From NCBI GenBank assembly GCA_973895155.1, contig OZ316891.1, forward strand, positions 18,749,048 through 18,813,047: a stretch of 64,000 nucleotides of DNA, written 5' to 3'. Below the pieces are notes generated by a model. The model saw only the letters and a program-made list of their open reading frames with translations, made no database searches and was not told the DNA's origin. Position numbers and translations under genes: made by a program. The stretch is from Marsupella aquatica. Lineage: Eukaryota; Plantae; Marchantiophyta. Below, piece after piece: positions 14,544-26,142 of this stretch (its first letter is position 1; each line of letters starts with the position of its first letter).

Positions 14544-16139
14544 GGCGTGTCTAGCTCAAACTCAAGAACAGCTAACTCATCGCCTCCTCCAGCTCCCTCT
14601 ACGCACTTGTCCGTCTGCTCTCAGAAACTCTCGAAGAAAAATCGCCGAAAACTCTTCACACGACCTCCGATCAAACGAGTTCCTGATTCAAATGAAACCC
14701 CTGTCACACCAGCTCCGTTACCACCTGCCCTCTTCTCTCCTCTCCTCTCCTCTTCTCTTCGCTTCTTTTCTCTTCTCCAACAAAAACCTGTGACCAAAAC
14801 CAACTCCGTCTAGAAACTCTACAATGCGATGAGCATACCGACACAATTCCAGCGCTTCCGCGCCCTGCTAGCGTGAGAAAGTGGGAACTCCCGGACGCGC
14901 AATTCATCCCTCCATCGATCCCGAGTGCAAAACAAACGAAGGAACTCGCACTTCGCTCCCTCGAAACCACACTACACTACACTACACTCGCGAGGACGAC
15001 ACACCAGTACCACTGTACTGATGAGCAGAGCAGCGCAGAGCATCAGGAGCAAGTGGGCACGGAGCGGAGAAGAGGGCGGGGGTCGGGGTAACGGACTCGG
15101 CAGAAAGTCGCGAACGCCAAATCGCGAAACACGCGCTTTCGCCAAAGTTGCGCGTTCGCGGAACCGCCGCAAGTTTGGGGGCGAAGGCAAAAACACAGAG
15201 TCCCGCATTCTTTCCTGCGAACGCAACTTCCGTTGGCGGAGATGTAGTGGGAAGCACGCACGCCCTTTAGTTGGCGGAGACGCAAGCTCGCCTGCTACTA
15301 ACCGTTGGGGAAGGTGCCGGGCAACTTAGGACCGTTCGCTGATATGGGCGACAGATCCGACGGCACCGGCCAGAGCGACAGTCGCTCCGCAGGTGGTACC
15401 CCACCCATTTCCCGTTCGGAGATGTTGGGGATCCACGGCCCAAATTTGAAGGGACGATCAGAATAATCGCGTATTTCAACTATCCCGAAACAGTACAGGC
15501 GTAGTGCAACGAGTTCATTGTTCTACGGCGTGTGTGTCTAAGCCCGGGATACAGGCGTCGCGGGCTTTGCGCTATTCCTGCCTGCTAAATGTGGCGCTAC
15601 AGTCGTTAGTTGATGATGGCTTTTATTTGTTAAAATAACAATAAATATTTCTTGAAAGAAAACTAACAAGGACACTCAATAGACAGTTCACACTCCAATA
15701 GTGACATATGTTCATCATTGTAGGGAACCCATTTCATTAGGGCGTCTCAAACCCAGGCCGTAACTCATTATGGCCCTCCCGAAAGCCACATGTTACGGGA
15801 GCTCTCGTAAAAATTACGGGAGCCGATCTTCGGCTCCCATAAGGAAACCCCACGGGCTTTTGCCTTTAGTCATAACCTTAACCATAGTCTGTTAACATAT
15901 TGGCGCGAATATTGTGTGCCTTTGTTGGACTGTAGTGCCAATGTCGTGAGGTCGCCAGTTCCAAACTTTGAACTCGCTCTCTTTCTCATCGAAGACGGAG
16001 AGGAGAAAACTGTGTTATGGCGATCGCAACAGAGGAGTGGTGAATCTGGTGTAACTGCACTTCGCGAGCCTAAACCTGCAATCCGCGAGGTCCAACCTGC
16101 ACATCGCGAGATCGATAGCGCCATCTTTTCAAGCAATAA

Positions 16140-16640
16140 GTAAGTTTTTGCAGATGCAATTCAAGTTTCGTGTGTATGCAAATTTCACAGTTTCCGATTT
16201 ATGAAGTCGTGACATTGTCTCGAGAATGGCTTGTGTATGGTCACAGCTTGCCTTGCTTAGAGCTGAATCTCTTCTAATTTTGAGCAGCAGGTCAGTTGTT
16301 TGGTTCTGCTTGAGAATGTGCTTGTATGCAGATTTGCCGGGATTCCGGAAAAATCATCGTCTTGACGTTGTCATCGTATGGCTTGTGTTATTGGATTAGC
16401 ATGCCCATTGACATCACGTCGTGGATTACAGAAGCTTGAGCTATACCTCTTCTACTTTCGAGCAACAAAGTGAGTTGTTGGGTTCCGATAGTTGTTTGGT
16501 TGCGATACAGATTGCGTTTGTATGCAGTCTTTCCGGAATTCAGGAAAAATCATCGTTGTCATATCAAATGTGTTTATATGGCTTCCGTCCAGGTTTCAAA
16601 TTTGCATCGTCATCACAAGTTTTGAGCTTCTTCACTCCAA
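16140..16640. repeat. About 3 degenerate ~150-200 bp tandem units in the Harbinger 5' region
   Basis: Recurring tgtatgca..ttcc.g..aaaatcatcgt..atggctt blocks at about 16173, 16323 and 16519. Confidence 0.55.
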
Positions 16641-16870
16641 CAATAGCAGCGAGGTGAGTGCTTTCAGTTGTTGTTCAGCTTGAAATCTTTGTAAAATTAA
16701 TTGACAGTATATTCCAACTCTATTATTACTTCCTGAATCAGTTCTTCCTGTATGTAGATTGCACAAGATGGGTGTTTGGACATCCCTTGTTGAGGTATGC
16801 TACAACACCCATAGACTCTGCGTCTGACGAAGATTTTTATTCATCATCTGACTCTGAGACTACGACAGCC

Positions 16871-18155
16871 ATGTATGACCTTGAGGGCAATTCAGATGAC
16901 CTGCTTGAGTTGTACAGTGTAATGGAAAACACCAGATATTTTGTTGATAAGACTATCACCATCAAATCTCGGGAGTTTGTCTTGCAGTTTTTTTATAAAC
17001 TTCCACCAAGATTATTCAAGCAGATGACCAGAATGGACAAAGCCTCTTTCTTTGCTTTAGTACACCTAATTGAGGATCATCCAGTTTTTATCAATGATTC
17101 ACCATATGAACAGGCTCCAGTGGAATGGCAGCTAGCTGTTACCTTGGATCGTTTGGGACATGAAGGCAATGGAGCTTGTCTAAATCGTCTCATTCCAACT
17201 TGGGGAGTTAGTACAGGAACTCTTTGTAATTTCACAACTCGTTGTTTTACTGCCATGGAAATTGCATTGAAGGACCACTTGAGATGGGATGATCGTACTG
17301 AAAGATGAAAGATATCAGAGGAGTTTTCAAAGAGAGGCTTCGGGTGTGTGGGCCTCATTGATGGGACTCTCATTCCACTTTCCCAATGGCCAAAGGATTG
17401 TGGAGAGTGCTACTACAATAGAAAGTGTCGGTACTCGATAAACACGCAAGTTATTTGCGACCACAGAAGGAAAATCCTTTTCCTTTACATTGGTCAGTGT
17501 CTTCTTCATATGTCTCTTTAGTTTTACACATGAGTACATGGTTTTGCATTGCTGGGATTGACATTATTTCACTGCTATGACAGGTATGCCTGGTTCTTGT
17601 TCAGACCTGCAATGCTACAAGAAGTCCTCATTGTTCCCCAGACAAAATGATGGCATTCTCTTTGGCCGTGGTCAATATCTTCTTGGAGACAGTGGGTATG
17701 CGTCCATGCCACACCTGGTTTGCTCATACAAAAGGGCAGAATGCAACTCAGACCGTGAAGACTTCAACATGTGTGTGGCCAAGAGCAAGGTAACAAATGA
17801 GCATTGCATTGGTGTCTTGAAATCACGGTGGTACTCCCTCAGAGAAATGTGAGTCCATTTGAAATCAAAAGCAGAAAACTTCTTTCTAGTGAGGTGGATT
17901 GTAATGTGTGCACGGTTGCACAACTTTGTCATTAATCGGAACGACCTCTGGATTGATGAGGATGAGGAGATTACAGTTGACAATGTTGACTCAAAAGATG
18001 AAGGTGTGGATTTCATAGTAGACCCTCGACCTCGACATGGTCAACCCCAACCACAAAGTGTTACCTTACAAAACAACATCATGCAATGGGCATTGCAGTT
18101 CCATAAAGAACCGGGTGGATGTCTCTATGTCGGGAGTACTCGAAATGTCACTTAA
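16871..18155 (+). pseudogene. PIF/Harbinger (HARBI1-like, DDE_Tnp_4) transposase with two premature stops
   Basis: Motifs FKQMTRMDKASFFALV, QLAVTLDRLG, GCVGLIDGTLIP, YYNRKCRYSINTQVICD, GMPGSCSD, YLLGDSGY and NEHCIGVLKSRW. Intron 17493-17583 (GT..AG). In-frame TGA at 17306-17308 and 17850-17852. The true start is uncertain and may lie upstream. Confidence 0.9.
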
Positions 18156-19087
18156 TTATTAGCACCTATTGTAAAAGGCTTGAACATGTCTTTGTTGTCA
18201 TAGGTAAAGTGTCTCAGGGCACAATGACCCTGCTTAAACTAGGAAGATCAAGAGAAGGAGTTGGAGTATAGAATTCCCGTCCAATTGTAGGTAGCATGCA
18301 GGCCAAATAATAATGCTGGAGGAATAAATGTGAATGGAGAAGTCCTGTTATTGTAAGTGTGAACCATATTCCATTATATTTATTTTTTACATTCCCTTCA
18401 TGGCACCATGCGCTCAACTCAACGACTGTGAATATGTGGGCACTTATGACTGTGTACATATGTGTTTAAATAAAGTTAGGATAAATTTTCCCAACATGTG
18501 GATGTCTCAATGAAAAGGACTCGACCAAAATTACAAACAGAAATGCCAAAACACTCCACACCACAAATTGCCCCAACTTAGGTGAAATTCCCTCTGAATA
18601 TGGATACAACATGACCAACAAACATGTACCATATAGGTTACATAATGAGGAAAATTATGATGCAAACCAGAGAAACCCCAAATGCTGCTTCACCCCTTAA
18701 TCACTAGATTGTCCCAAAAACAATAATAGTATCAAACTACTACAAACTTCCATATCCCTGTCTTCACCAAACATACATTCCGAAGTGCCAAATTTCCGGA
18801 ATGCCGGAATTTCGTAATTCCGGAATTACAAAATTTGAAATGGGTACGTAGAACGGAAACATCCGTACTTTCGGAACAACACACATTGTGCATAGCATCC
18901 TTCCCGCCCAGTGGATTTGAAGTGTTGGTTGTGAAGGAGGAATCGCTCGTCATCAATCCTTGTTTTGCCTAGTTTATTTCCGGATTTTGGACTTCCTGAA
19001 CCACTGTCGTGGCAAATTTCATTCATCGTATGTTGTGTGGCACGCATAGTGTACACTTCCTATATCCTGTACCCCTTGGTAGGCATA

Positions 19088-20269
19088 ATGGAAAGTCCAA
19101 AAAATAGCCACGATTTGGTATTGAGAGAAGTTTCCCCTCGATTCCCTGCTGTGGAGGGTCGTCTTAAACGTATGCAGAGCATGCTGCGCGTCATGGGACT
19201 AGAAGGATTACTTGTGGTTCCCTAGGGTGCCGTAGCACCTTCGCTGCTGGCAAAAATTGTTGATGGCATTATTGCTGACAGGTTCAAGGGTACTGTCAGA
19301 GGCCAAACTGACAAGTGGACAGATGAGTTTGTTGGAGACGCATTCCGCATCTCAATCAAGGGGGAGGGGATGTTCAGGCGCCACCAACATTGCTCTGAGG
19401 CGTATTTCTCTGTCCCACCTGGGACCAAGGATGGGTGGAAGATCAGTGACTGCAACAACGGTGACCTTGACATGCTGCTTCACTTTCTCATTCCAATTTT
19501 GCATCCAATGAGGCCGAGCCGAGTTATGTGTAGCTTGGCCAACACCATTGTAGCATCGTGGACACAACAGAGGAAAACTAATTGGGGATTAATTTTGGCT
19601 GTAGTAATAAGGTCGCAGCTGGCACAGTTAGGCAAAAAAAATGTTACCTATATCCAGGTGTATGTAGGCCAATTGTATTGGTATGGGTCTTGTCTCCTGC
19701 CAGAAGAAAAACAGGAACGACAAAGTATCTTTGCAAACCTTGACATTACTGGTATATGTGACTCTAATCTGGATTCAGAGGATGACAGTCACGATCATGA
19801 GGGGTCGGAAGATGAAACAGGTGATGAACCACATCATGATTTCGAGGCAGAAGCCAATTCTGACAAAGTCCCCCAATACACAGATGTTCTGATACTGGAA
19901 ATGGAAGATGCCATTCCTGACAAAGTCCCCTAGTACACACATGTTCCAATACAGGAAATGGAAGATGCCATTCCTGGCGAAGTTCCCGAGTACATAGATG
20001 TTCCAGTAGAGGAAATGGAAGATGCCATTCCTGACAAAATAGGGCTAGTGGACTCTCCTATGCAAAGGCCATTCACTGATGCGGAGAGTTTAAGAGATAG
20101 AGTTGCAATATTGGAGGCAGAGAATGACAATTTGAAGTTGTTGGCAGACATGAGCATAGAAAGGAAAAGGCGTCTCAAGACATGGATCTTCAGTTCATTG
20201 TTGGAGTTGAGCAAGAGAGAAGTAAAGGTCTCTTGCTTTCCCGTGGACGTATCCTCGGTAATGAGGTGA
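19088..20269 (+). pseudogene. TE-associated protein of unknown function (394 codons, two in-frame TAG), cargo inside the Harbinger element
   Basis: ORFs 18965-19225, 19370-19933 and 19958-20269 share one frame, with stops at 19223 and 19931. Motifs GLEGLLVVP(W), RGQTDKWT, GTKDGWKISDC, LIPILHPMRP and NWGLIL resemble, from memory, a repetitive liverwort TE-linked hypothetical protein family. An acidic region and a coiled coil (LRDRVAILEAENDNLK) follow. Confidence 0.65.
19856..20038 (+). repeat. 57-bp (19-codon) tandem repeat, ~3.2 copies, coding EMEDAIPDKVPxYxDV
   Basis: atggaagatgccattcctg at 19901, 19958 and 20015 (period 57). Confidence 0.9.
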
Positions 20270-20934
20270 ACCACGTACTCGCTGTGTCGACTACTTTGTA
20301 TGGTGTTCACATGTGCATGGTGTCTTGGGATAGGGATTATCCCCAACATCCTGCCCCAATGGCATTATATCGCAAGGGTTGTCACCAGAACATCAGCCGA
20401 GGTCATCTTTGACCATTGTAAGAGTAGCATGTAATCTCTAGGGTAATGACTAGCCAGATCGGCCACCACCTCTTGTCACATGTGTGCAAACGTCCCTTGC
20501 AGAGAACCTGAACAATAATATCTCTCACAAAGTCATGAACAACCATGACCTTGTCACCTATAATAGATAGAAGAAGATGGATGCCTGCCATCACAATGCT
20601 TCCCACATGCGCAAGCAGTATGTAAGCACACAAGTGAAGTGGGTGGGGTAACCCATAAAACCCATGGTTGTTGAAATTGGGTGAATTATCTCAAGTTATA
20701 AGGAAGCAGTACAAGCATGACAATCCAGATAGATCTTGTGTTTGTGGGCCATGTTCTTCTATATGTGAGCCATAGTCCTTTTGTTCTTTTGCCACCGACT
20801 TTGTTATAGTGTCTATTCATTTTTTTCTACCACTGATTTTTTTGTCATTTAGATAATTTTTAGATTGTTCACTCAAAATGTTCTTGGGTCTTCTTTGTTA
20901 TAGATATTTGTTTTTATTTTTGTTCATATCTCAC

Positions 20935-21340
20935 CATGACATTTTTTTTCTCACCCTTGACATAATTTCTCTCTTGGACATCTTTTTCTCTCTTTGAGAT
21001 CTTTTTTCACCTAGCTTGACATCTATTCCTCACCTCAACATCTTTCCTCATCTTGACATCTTATCTTTTTCTCATCTCACCATCTTTGTCTCACCTTCAC
21101 ATCTGTTTTTCACCACAACATCTTTCCCTCACCCTTGACATCTTTTTCCTCATCTTTACATATTTTTCTCACCTCACCATCTTTTCTCTCCTCGACATGA
21201 TTTTTTCACCTTGACGTCTTTTCCTCACCTTGACATCTTCTTCTTTGCTTCACATCTTTTTTTACCTCAACATGTTTTCTTCACCTTGACATATTTTCTC
21301 ACATTTACATCTTTTGTGCAACGCACAGACATCGGGCTAT
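20935..21340 (+). mobile_element. Helitron-derived minisatellite remnant (ctcaccttgacatctttt units) nested in the Harbinger element
   Basis: Pyrimidine-rich ~20-bp units end in tgtgcaacgcaca..ctat (21315-21340), a degenerate version of the Helitron 3' end at 61315-61339. Confidence 0.6.
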
Positions 21341-24169
21341 ATAGGCACTTTATAATGAATTATTATTTGTTGTATGTAGGTGCAATTTCTAGATCGCTTC
21401 ACATGGCACAATTGTGTGCAAAGAGCGCATAGTAAACATTCACTAAAGGAAAAATTATGCATTTTTATGTAGATTATGAGTCTAACTCACTCCAGTAGTT
21501 TGGACTTTGGTGTGGGATGGGGAGGTAGTGGATACAAGGTTTGCGCATTTAAGACAAATAGCATTGACTTGAGTAAAGTATCCTATTACCAAAACAGTCA
21601 TATCAAAATTAAGTTCAAAAATAATTGGGGAATATGAACTTGTGAAAATTAAATTTTTAAATGAAAGAGGTAGTTGCTCCTAGTTCCCAGATGCAAAATA
21701 GAAAACAAAAATAACCCTCTTGAGTAAATCAGAAAATAAATATCAAAGAAATTGGGCATTGTGAGCAGGTCTGATGGGCTTGCAATTATGGCACTGTACA
21801 CATGAAATTACCATTGTCAAAGTAAGTTTAGCCAAGCGAGAGCAGTAGAAGCTTCTATGATAACTACAGCATACTGGCCTTTTGCATAAACACTGGTTTC
21901 CCCCTTAGGGGGGCTTTACAAGACCTTGGGGGCATTCAATATCTCTCCATCCAAAGCAAAGCTGATGACTATTTCCTTACACACAAAAGTTCAAATGCCT
22001 GAGCCAAATTGGGTCAGGTCTAGATATCAATGCAATTCCCTGAAAACAAGAGGCGGTTTGCTCAGATTTTTAGACCACCTCAAGAGGAGGTCTAAGTTTT
22101 TGGAAAAAAGTTTGCACACAAAAAAAGAGACCCACTGACAGATGATTAGGTTAGGTAATGCTTTTGATTGATTGTGCCCCCAAGTTTATGTAAAGTGAAG
22201 TGTGGCCAATTCCCACATATGAATGGCCAGGATTGCATCCCTCACTTAGAGAAAAAGGCATGGCTGCCCCCAAGTTCTTGAGTTCTTGTAAAGCCACTTA
22301 GAAAGATTTGAGGTATTCTCTTATAGTCTAAGTAATTGACAATGTCTGGACAACATCTAAGAGTGGGACCCAGGAGGTACACGTCAATGTACCTTATATA
22401 TAGTTATATGGGGTGAGAGACATTCCCAAATCCATCAAGACCAAATTGACCAACCGCAGGAAGGAATGAGGCGTGGCTATTTGGGGGCTATTTTTAAAAT
22501 AATTTATTCTCTTAGGTTATAAAGTAAGATAGTGTTCTCATGTCTTTGTCAGTAAAAGGAGATTCTTGTGTCTGTTGTCTGTCCCCTGGTTTATTCATCT
22601 CATCACATACTTATCATTCCGGTCATAAAGGAGGAAGATAGATTTTATTTATAAGACGCCAACTACAAGCTACTGTAGATTGGGGCCTGGGTTTCTAGAA
22701 TGAAACCTTTAGACAATAACTCCATGGCCCACCATGGATGGGATGTATGTCAAATGATAATGGTGCATGAGTTTTGTCATGATTTCTATTTGACATTCAA
22801 AAAATGGGCCGTATGGCTCCATCATAACACATGTGGATAGAAACAGGGATCTGCATATAAAGGATGATGATACCTTTATGTATGATTGTTAAATGATGAC
22901 ATGTAAGATAGCTTTTTGTTATCATTTCATAAACTTTCAAAGAATGTGAATAGGGAACATGTTCAAAGAACTGGCTGTCAGGGCTAGTATACATACAAGA
23001 TCACTAAAGTTTACCATTCAAGACCCCAGAAAAAGGGAGATTCCTGAAAAAAGGGCTGAAATTATGAATCTCCGAAACCAACACAAATATATTAGGGCAA
23101 CGCAAAGCTTGGAAATTACTAAATTCTGTAAAAAAATATTTTTTCTCTTTCTTCAGCCTTCATAATGACTAATGATTATGGCCATAACTAAGGAGTTAAG
23201 GTACATCTAAGCTTTGAGATGCCCTTTTAAACCAATATCCCCTAAATCTTCATAAATTATTGTGCAGTTACCAGGTAATACCGTCTCTATGTGGATTTCC
23301 ATTCAGTGTTTTTTTCAATGGCGAAAATTAGCTAGATTTCACCTCCTCAAAAATCCTTCCCCACTTTTGGCTAAAATTAGCTACTTTTTTGCTGTCTCAT
23401 TAGCCATCTTTCACCCAATCCCAGGCCCCATTAGCCAGAATCTAACGGTCCGCCTTAAATCTAGGGAGATCTGACTGTCAAGAACATATTGAATACAGAA
23501 TCTTTTGAGCATCTTCTCTTTTGACACACTTTACATTCGCCACCTTGGCCAAAAAATGAAATCCTTAAGAAAAATACTGGTACCATTACTCCCGACCCAA
23601 ATATAATAGGTTGTTTTACGTCTTCGGTGAGAAAGGGACGCATCCTTGCCCTACTTCTAGAAAGGACGGTGTGCAGGTGCAGGAGGCAGCATTGATGGAC
23701 AAGATGGTTGTCGTCATTTATGCGTCATATGGGCCGTTATCAGTCAGGCGGACTTAGTGCAATATTCTTCCAGTCTTACACAATCCAGAGTCCTCCAGTA
23801 GCAGGAGTGGAGCAGGGAGGGTCAGCAGATCGGCCCCATATTAGAGTCCGCCATGGCTTTTTGGCCCTCCATATTGGCCTCCCACTGTTCGAACAAACTC
23901 CTGCCGTGGCTTTCTCACTGGTCCCGCGGACATTTGTCGGCCCTCTGCATTTTCCCCGACTTCATGATTTGATGGGCTGGCAATAAAAAAGATAACTGAT
24001 TTAGATTCCTGTTACACTTAATTGAGTTATCCTTTCTTTTGAGGTCCTGCGCTATCCTTTCGTTTGAGCTCCTGAGTTCTCCCTACTTTGCTGATGCTAG
24101 GTGTCACTTGGCTGCCCTGCCACATTTCGTCTTAATTTTGTCACATGTTAGGAAGTCAAGGGCAGCAGA

Positions 24170-24802
24170 GTTTCTTGCCCTTGGTTCTCCATTGGCCTGC
24201 CTGACAAGAAGGTTGAGGCATAAAATTCCCAGTCAATGTTTGAATGTTATCAGGTCAGGGCAAGAAGACAAAGGTATGCCCACACCCCTGTGGATCTCTT
24301 GTTGCGTTGAGTCCACTTCTCATGCCTAAGTGACAAAGAGTTTTAGGCATGAAATTCTTTGTCAATGTTTGAATGACACCCCTTACGTTAAGAGTGGGGA
24401 AACAAAGGTCTGCCCCACATGCAAGTTGGCTCTCACCCTCTGTTTCACCTGTTGGGTTGAGTCCAATTCCCTATTGCAAGCACTGTGGTTGTAGTGATGT
24501 TGCACCAACCCCGTGATGACTCACCTTGGGCTCCCACATGAACTCATGCTTTTGTGAACCATTTTGGCACGATTTTGTGAACCATTTTGGCACAGTTGGA
24601 AGGAACCGCAGTGGACCCTAAACATTGCTTTGTAAATTCAGAACCGAACAAAGGTTACCAGTGTGGAATGATATGTGGAGGCCTGTGCTAATTCATAATC
24701 TCATGCCTGACCCTAAACATTGCTTTGCAAATTCAGACTGAACATCGGTTACCAGTGTGTAATGATAGGTGGGAGGCCTCTGCTAATTTATAATCTCATG
24801 CG
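24170..24802. repeat. Cluster of local tandem duplications upstream of MIPS
   Basis: Duplicated aggcat.aaattc...gtcaatgtttgaatg (~24216, ~24346); ttttgtgaaccattttggcac x2 (24550-24593); ccctaaacattgctttg.aaattcaga..ggttaccagtgtg..aatctcatgc x2 (~24616, ~24711). Confidence 0.8.
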
Positions 24803-25446
24803 TGAAAAGTCCTGCACTTTAAACTGTTTGCAGAATCTATTTAGGTACCATAAGGAAGGCTGGCTGGGGTTCTACAGTAGACTGAATCTTTGTTCCAAGA
24901 TTGTTCAAAAAACTTTTTGACTAGAGTAGGTCACTTTTTCTTCACCTTCTATAAAGAAGATTAGAGCCTAGTAACCCTGCCCAGATTATCATCACCTTGT
25001 ACAAAGTCGCTACCACGTTGCTCCAGAACTTACAGGACCCCCCCAAAATAAAAACAAAAAACACAAAATCAAGTCCGTTTTGGAAAGAAAAGGGCCTCAT
25101 CCCGTTTTCTTTTCGTACAAAGAGCCGCTAGATCTGAAATCGCACGGCCGAGGTCTGTATCATTGACTGCCGTTGGAGAGCTGGCACGGTCGGCCCCACA
25201 CTGACGTCGCGTCATGGCCTCTGTCTGATTTTACTCCCGCCGAGCAGAGTCGGCCCCACGCTACTGTGGTACTAGTAGTACTACGACTGTAGTCCAGACT
25301 CCAGAGTGCCCCAGCGAATTGCCAAAGTGCCTACTGTATGAGCAGTGTCCTCGTGGACAGTGCTTTTCCTCGTGGACAGTGCGGAGCATTTTGGCCTCGC
25401 CCTTGTCCTCCTTTTATCAGTCGAGAAGTCTCTGGGCGATGGTCCC

Positions 25447-25549
25447 TCGCTCGCTCGTGTACAGTGGAAGCTCTGGTTTCCTCTCTCTGCGTCGCTTGTC
25501 GCTCGCTCGTGTACAGTGGAAGCTCTGGTTTCCTCTCTCTGCGTCGCTT
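25447..25549. repeat. Exact 51-bp tandem duplication (period 52) in the MIPS promoter region
   Basis: tcgctcgctcgtgtacagtggaagctctggtttcctctctctgcgtcgctt at 25447 and 25499. Confidence 0.95.
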
Positions 25550-25769
25550 TGATTGCCTCTGGGGGAACTCCGTTGCCTCCGCGACTGCTGCTGCCATCTT
25601 GTCTCCTCTTTTCAGCTTTTCTTCTGTGACTCTCTGTCTCGCCTGGCCGTCCATCCCCTACAATAACTGCAGCTGAGGAAATGGGTGGAGGACGAAGATC
25701 TTATTAGACTGCACGAGAGGAAAACGGCGGACGGCTTGCCGGGCTCAGGTTCAGCGCAGACCAGTGGCG

Positions 25770-25780
25770 TTATATATAGT
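25770..25780 (+). promoter_or_regulatory. Candidate TATA box of MIPS
   Basis: Isolated TTATATATAG in a GC-rich region about 370 bp upstream of the ATG. Confidence 0.45.
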
Positions 25781-26142
25781 GCAGAGATTTAGTCAAGCGA
25801 CGAGGCTTTGCGTTAGGCCAGGAACATTCGGAGCAGGGCAGGGGTTGCGACTCTGTTATCATCTAGGTGCAGCTGCTGATCTTGTTGTTGTGGGAGATGG
25901 GTGCGGTTTGAGCTGTGGTCGTCTGTGCTGGTCTCTGATCCATTGCTGCGCGACAGACAGCCTCAAGCTAGGAGTGATCTTGATCGGAGGCCATAGCGAG
26001 CACTCTCTGAGAGGTCGAGGGCTGTGCTGCCGTTCTGTTTTTCAATTTTAGCTGGGATTCCGGTGTTTTTGTCTACTATAGTAGAAGTGGTCACTCGAGA
26101 AAAACTAATTCTGTGGTCTCCCACCCTAGCTCGGGAATCAAA

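Larger units (their letters stand above)
15740..23224 (+). mobile_element. PIF/Harbinger DNA transposon (~7.5 kb), defective, with cargo
   Basis: Left end TTA|GGGCGTCTCAAA (15740-15751) and right end TTTGAGATGCCC (23213-23224) form an 11/12 inverted match. The element contains a DDE_Tnp_4-type transposase. The right flank reads TTT rather than TTA, so the TSD is imperfect. Confidence 0.75.

Noticed and set aside
14412-15479. Many overlapping short ORFs upstream of CalS (also 25319-26051, 44147-44726, 55872-56636)
   Set aside because: These are GC-rich promoter/leader or MITE interiors with few stops and no domain signal or consistent frame.
20270-20760. Possible His-Me finger/homing-endonuclease-like remnant (DYPQ, HNASH, NPW..E)
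   Set aside because: The motifs lie in different frames and key Cys/His residues are missing. It cannot be supported without an HMM search.
21780-22800. Coding-like decayed sequence in the right part of the Harbinger element
   Set aside because: There are many stops and no family could be recognised by eye.
23269-23582. Possible small MITE (tacc..ggatttc.att inverted ends)
   Set aside because: The inverted match is too short and gapped to support.
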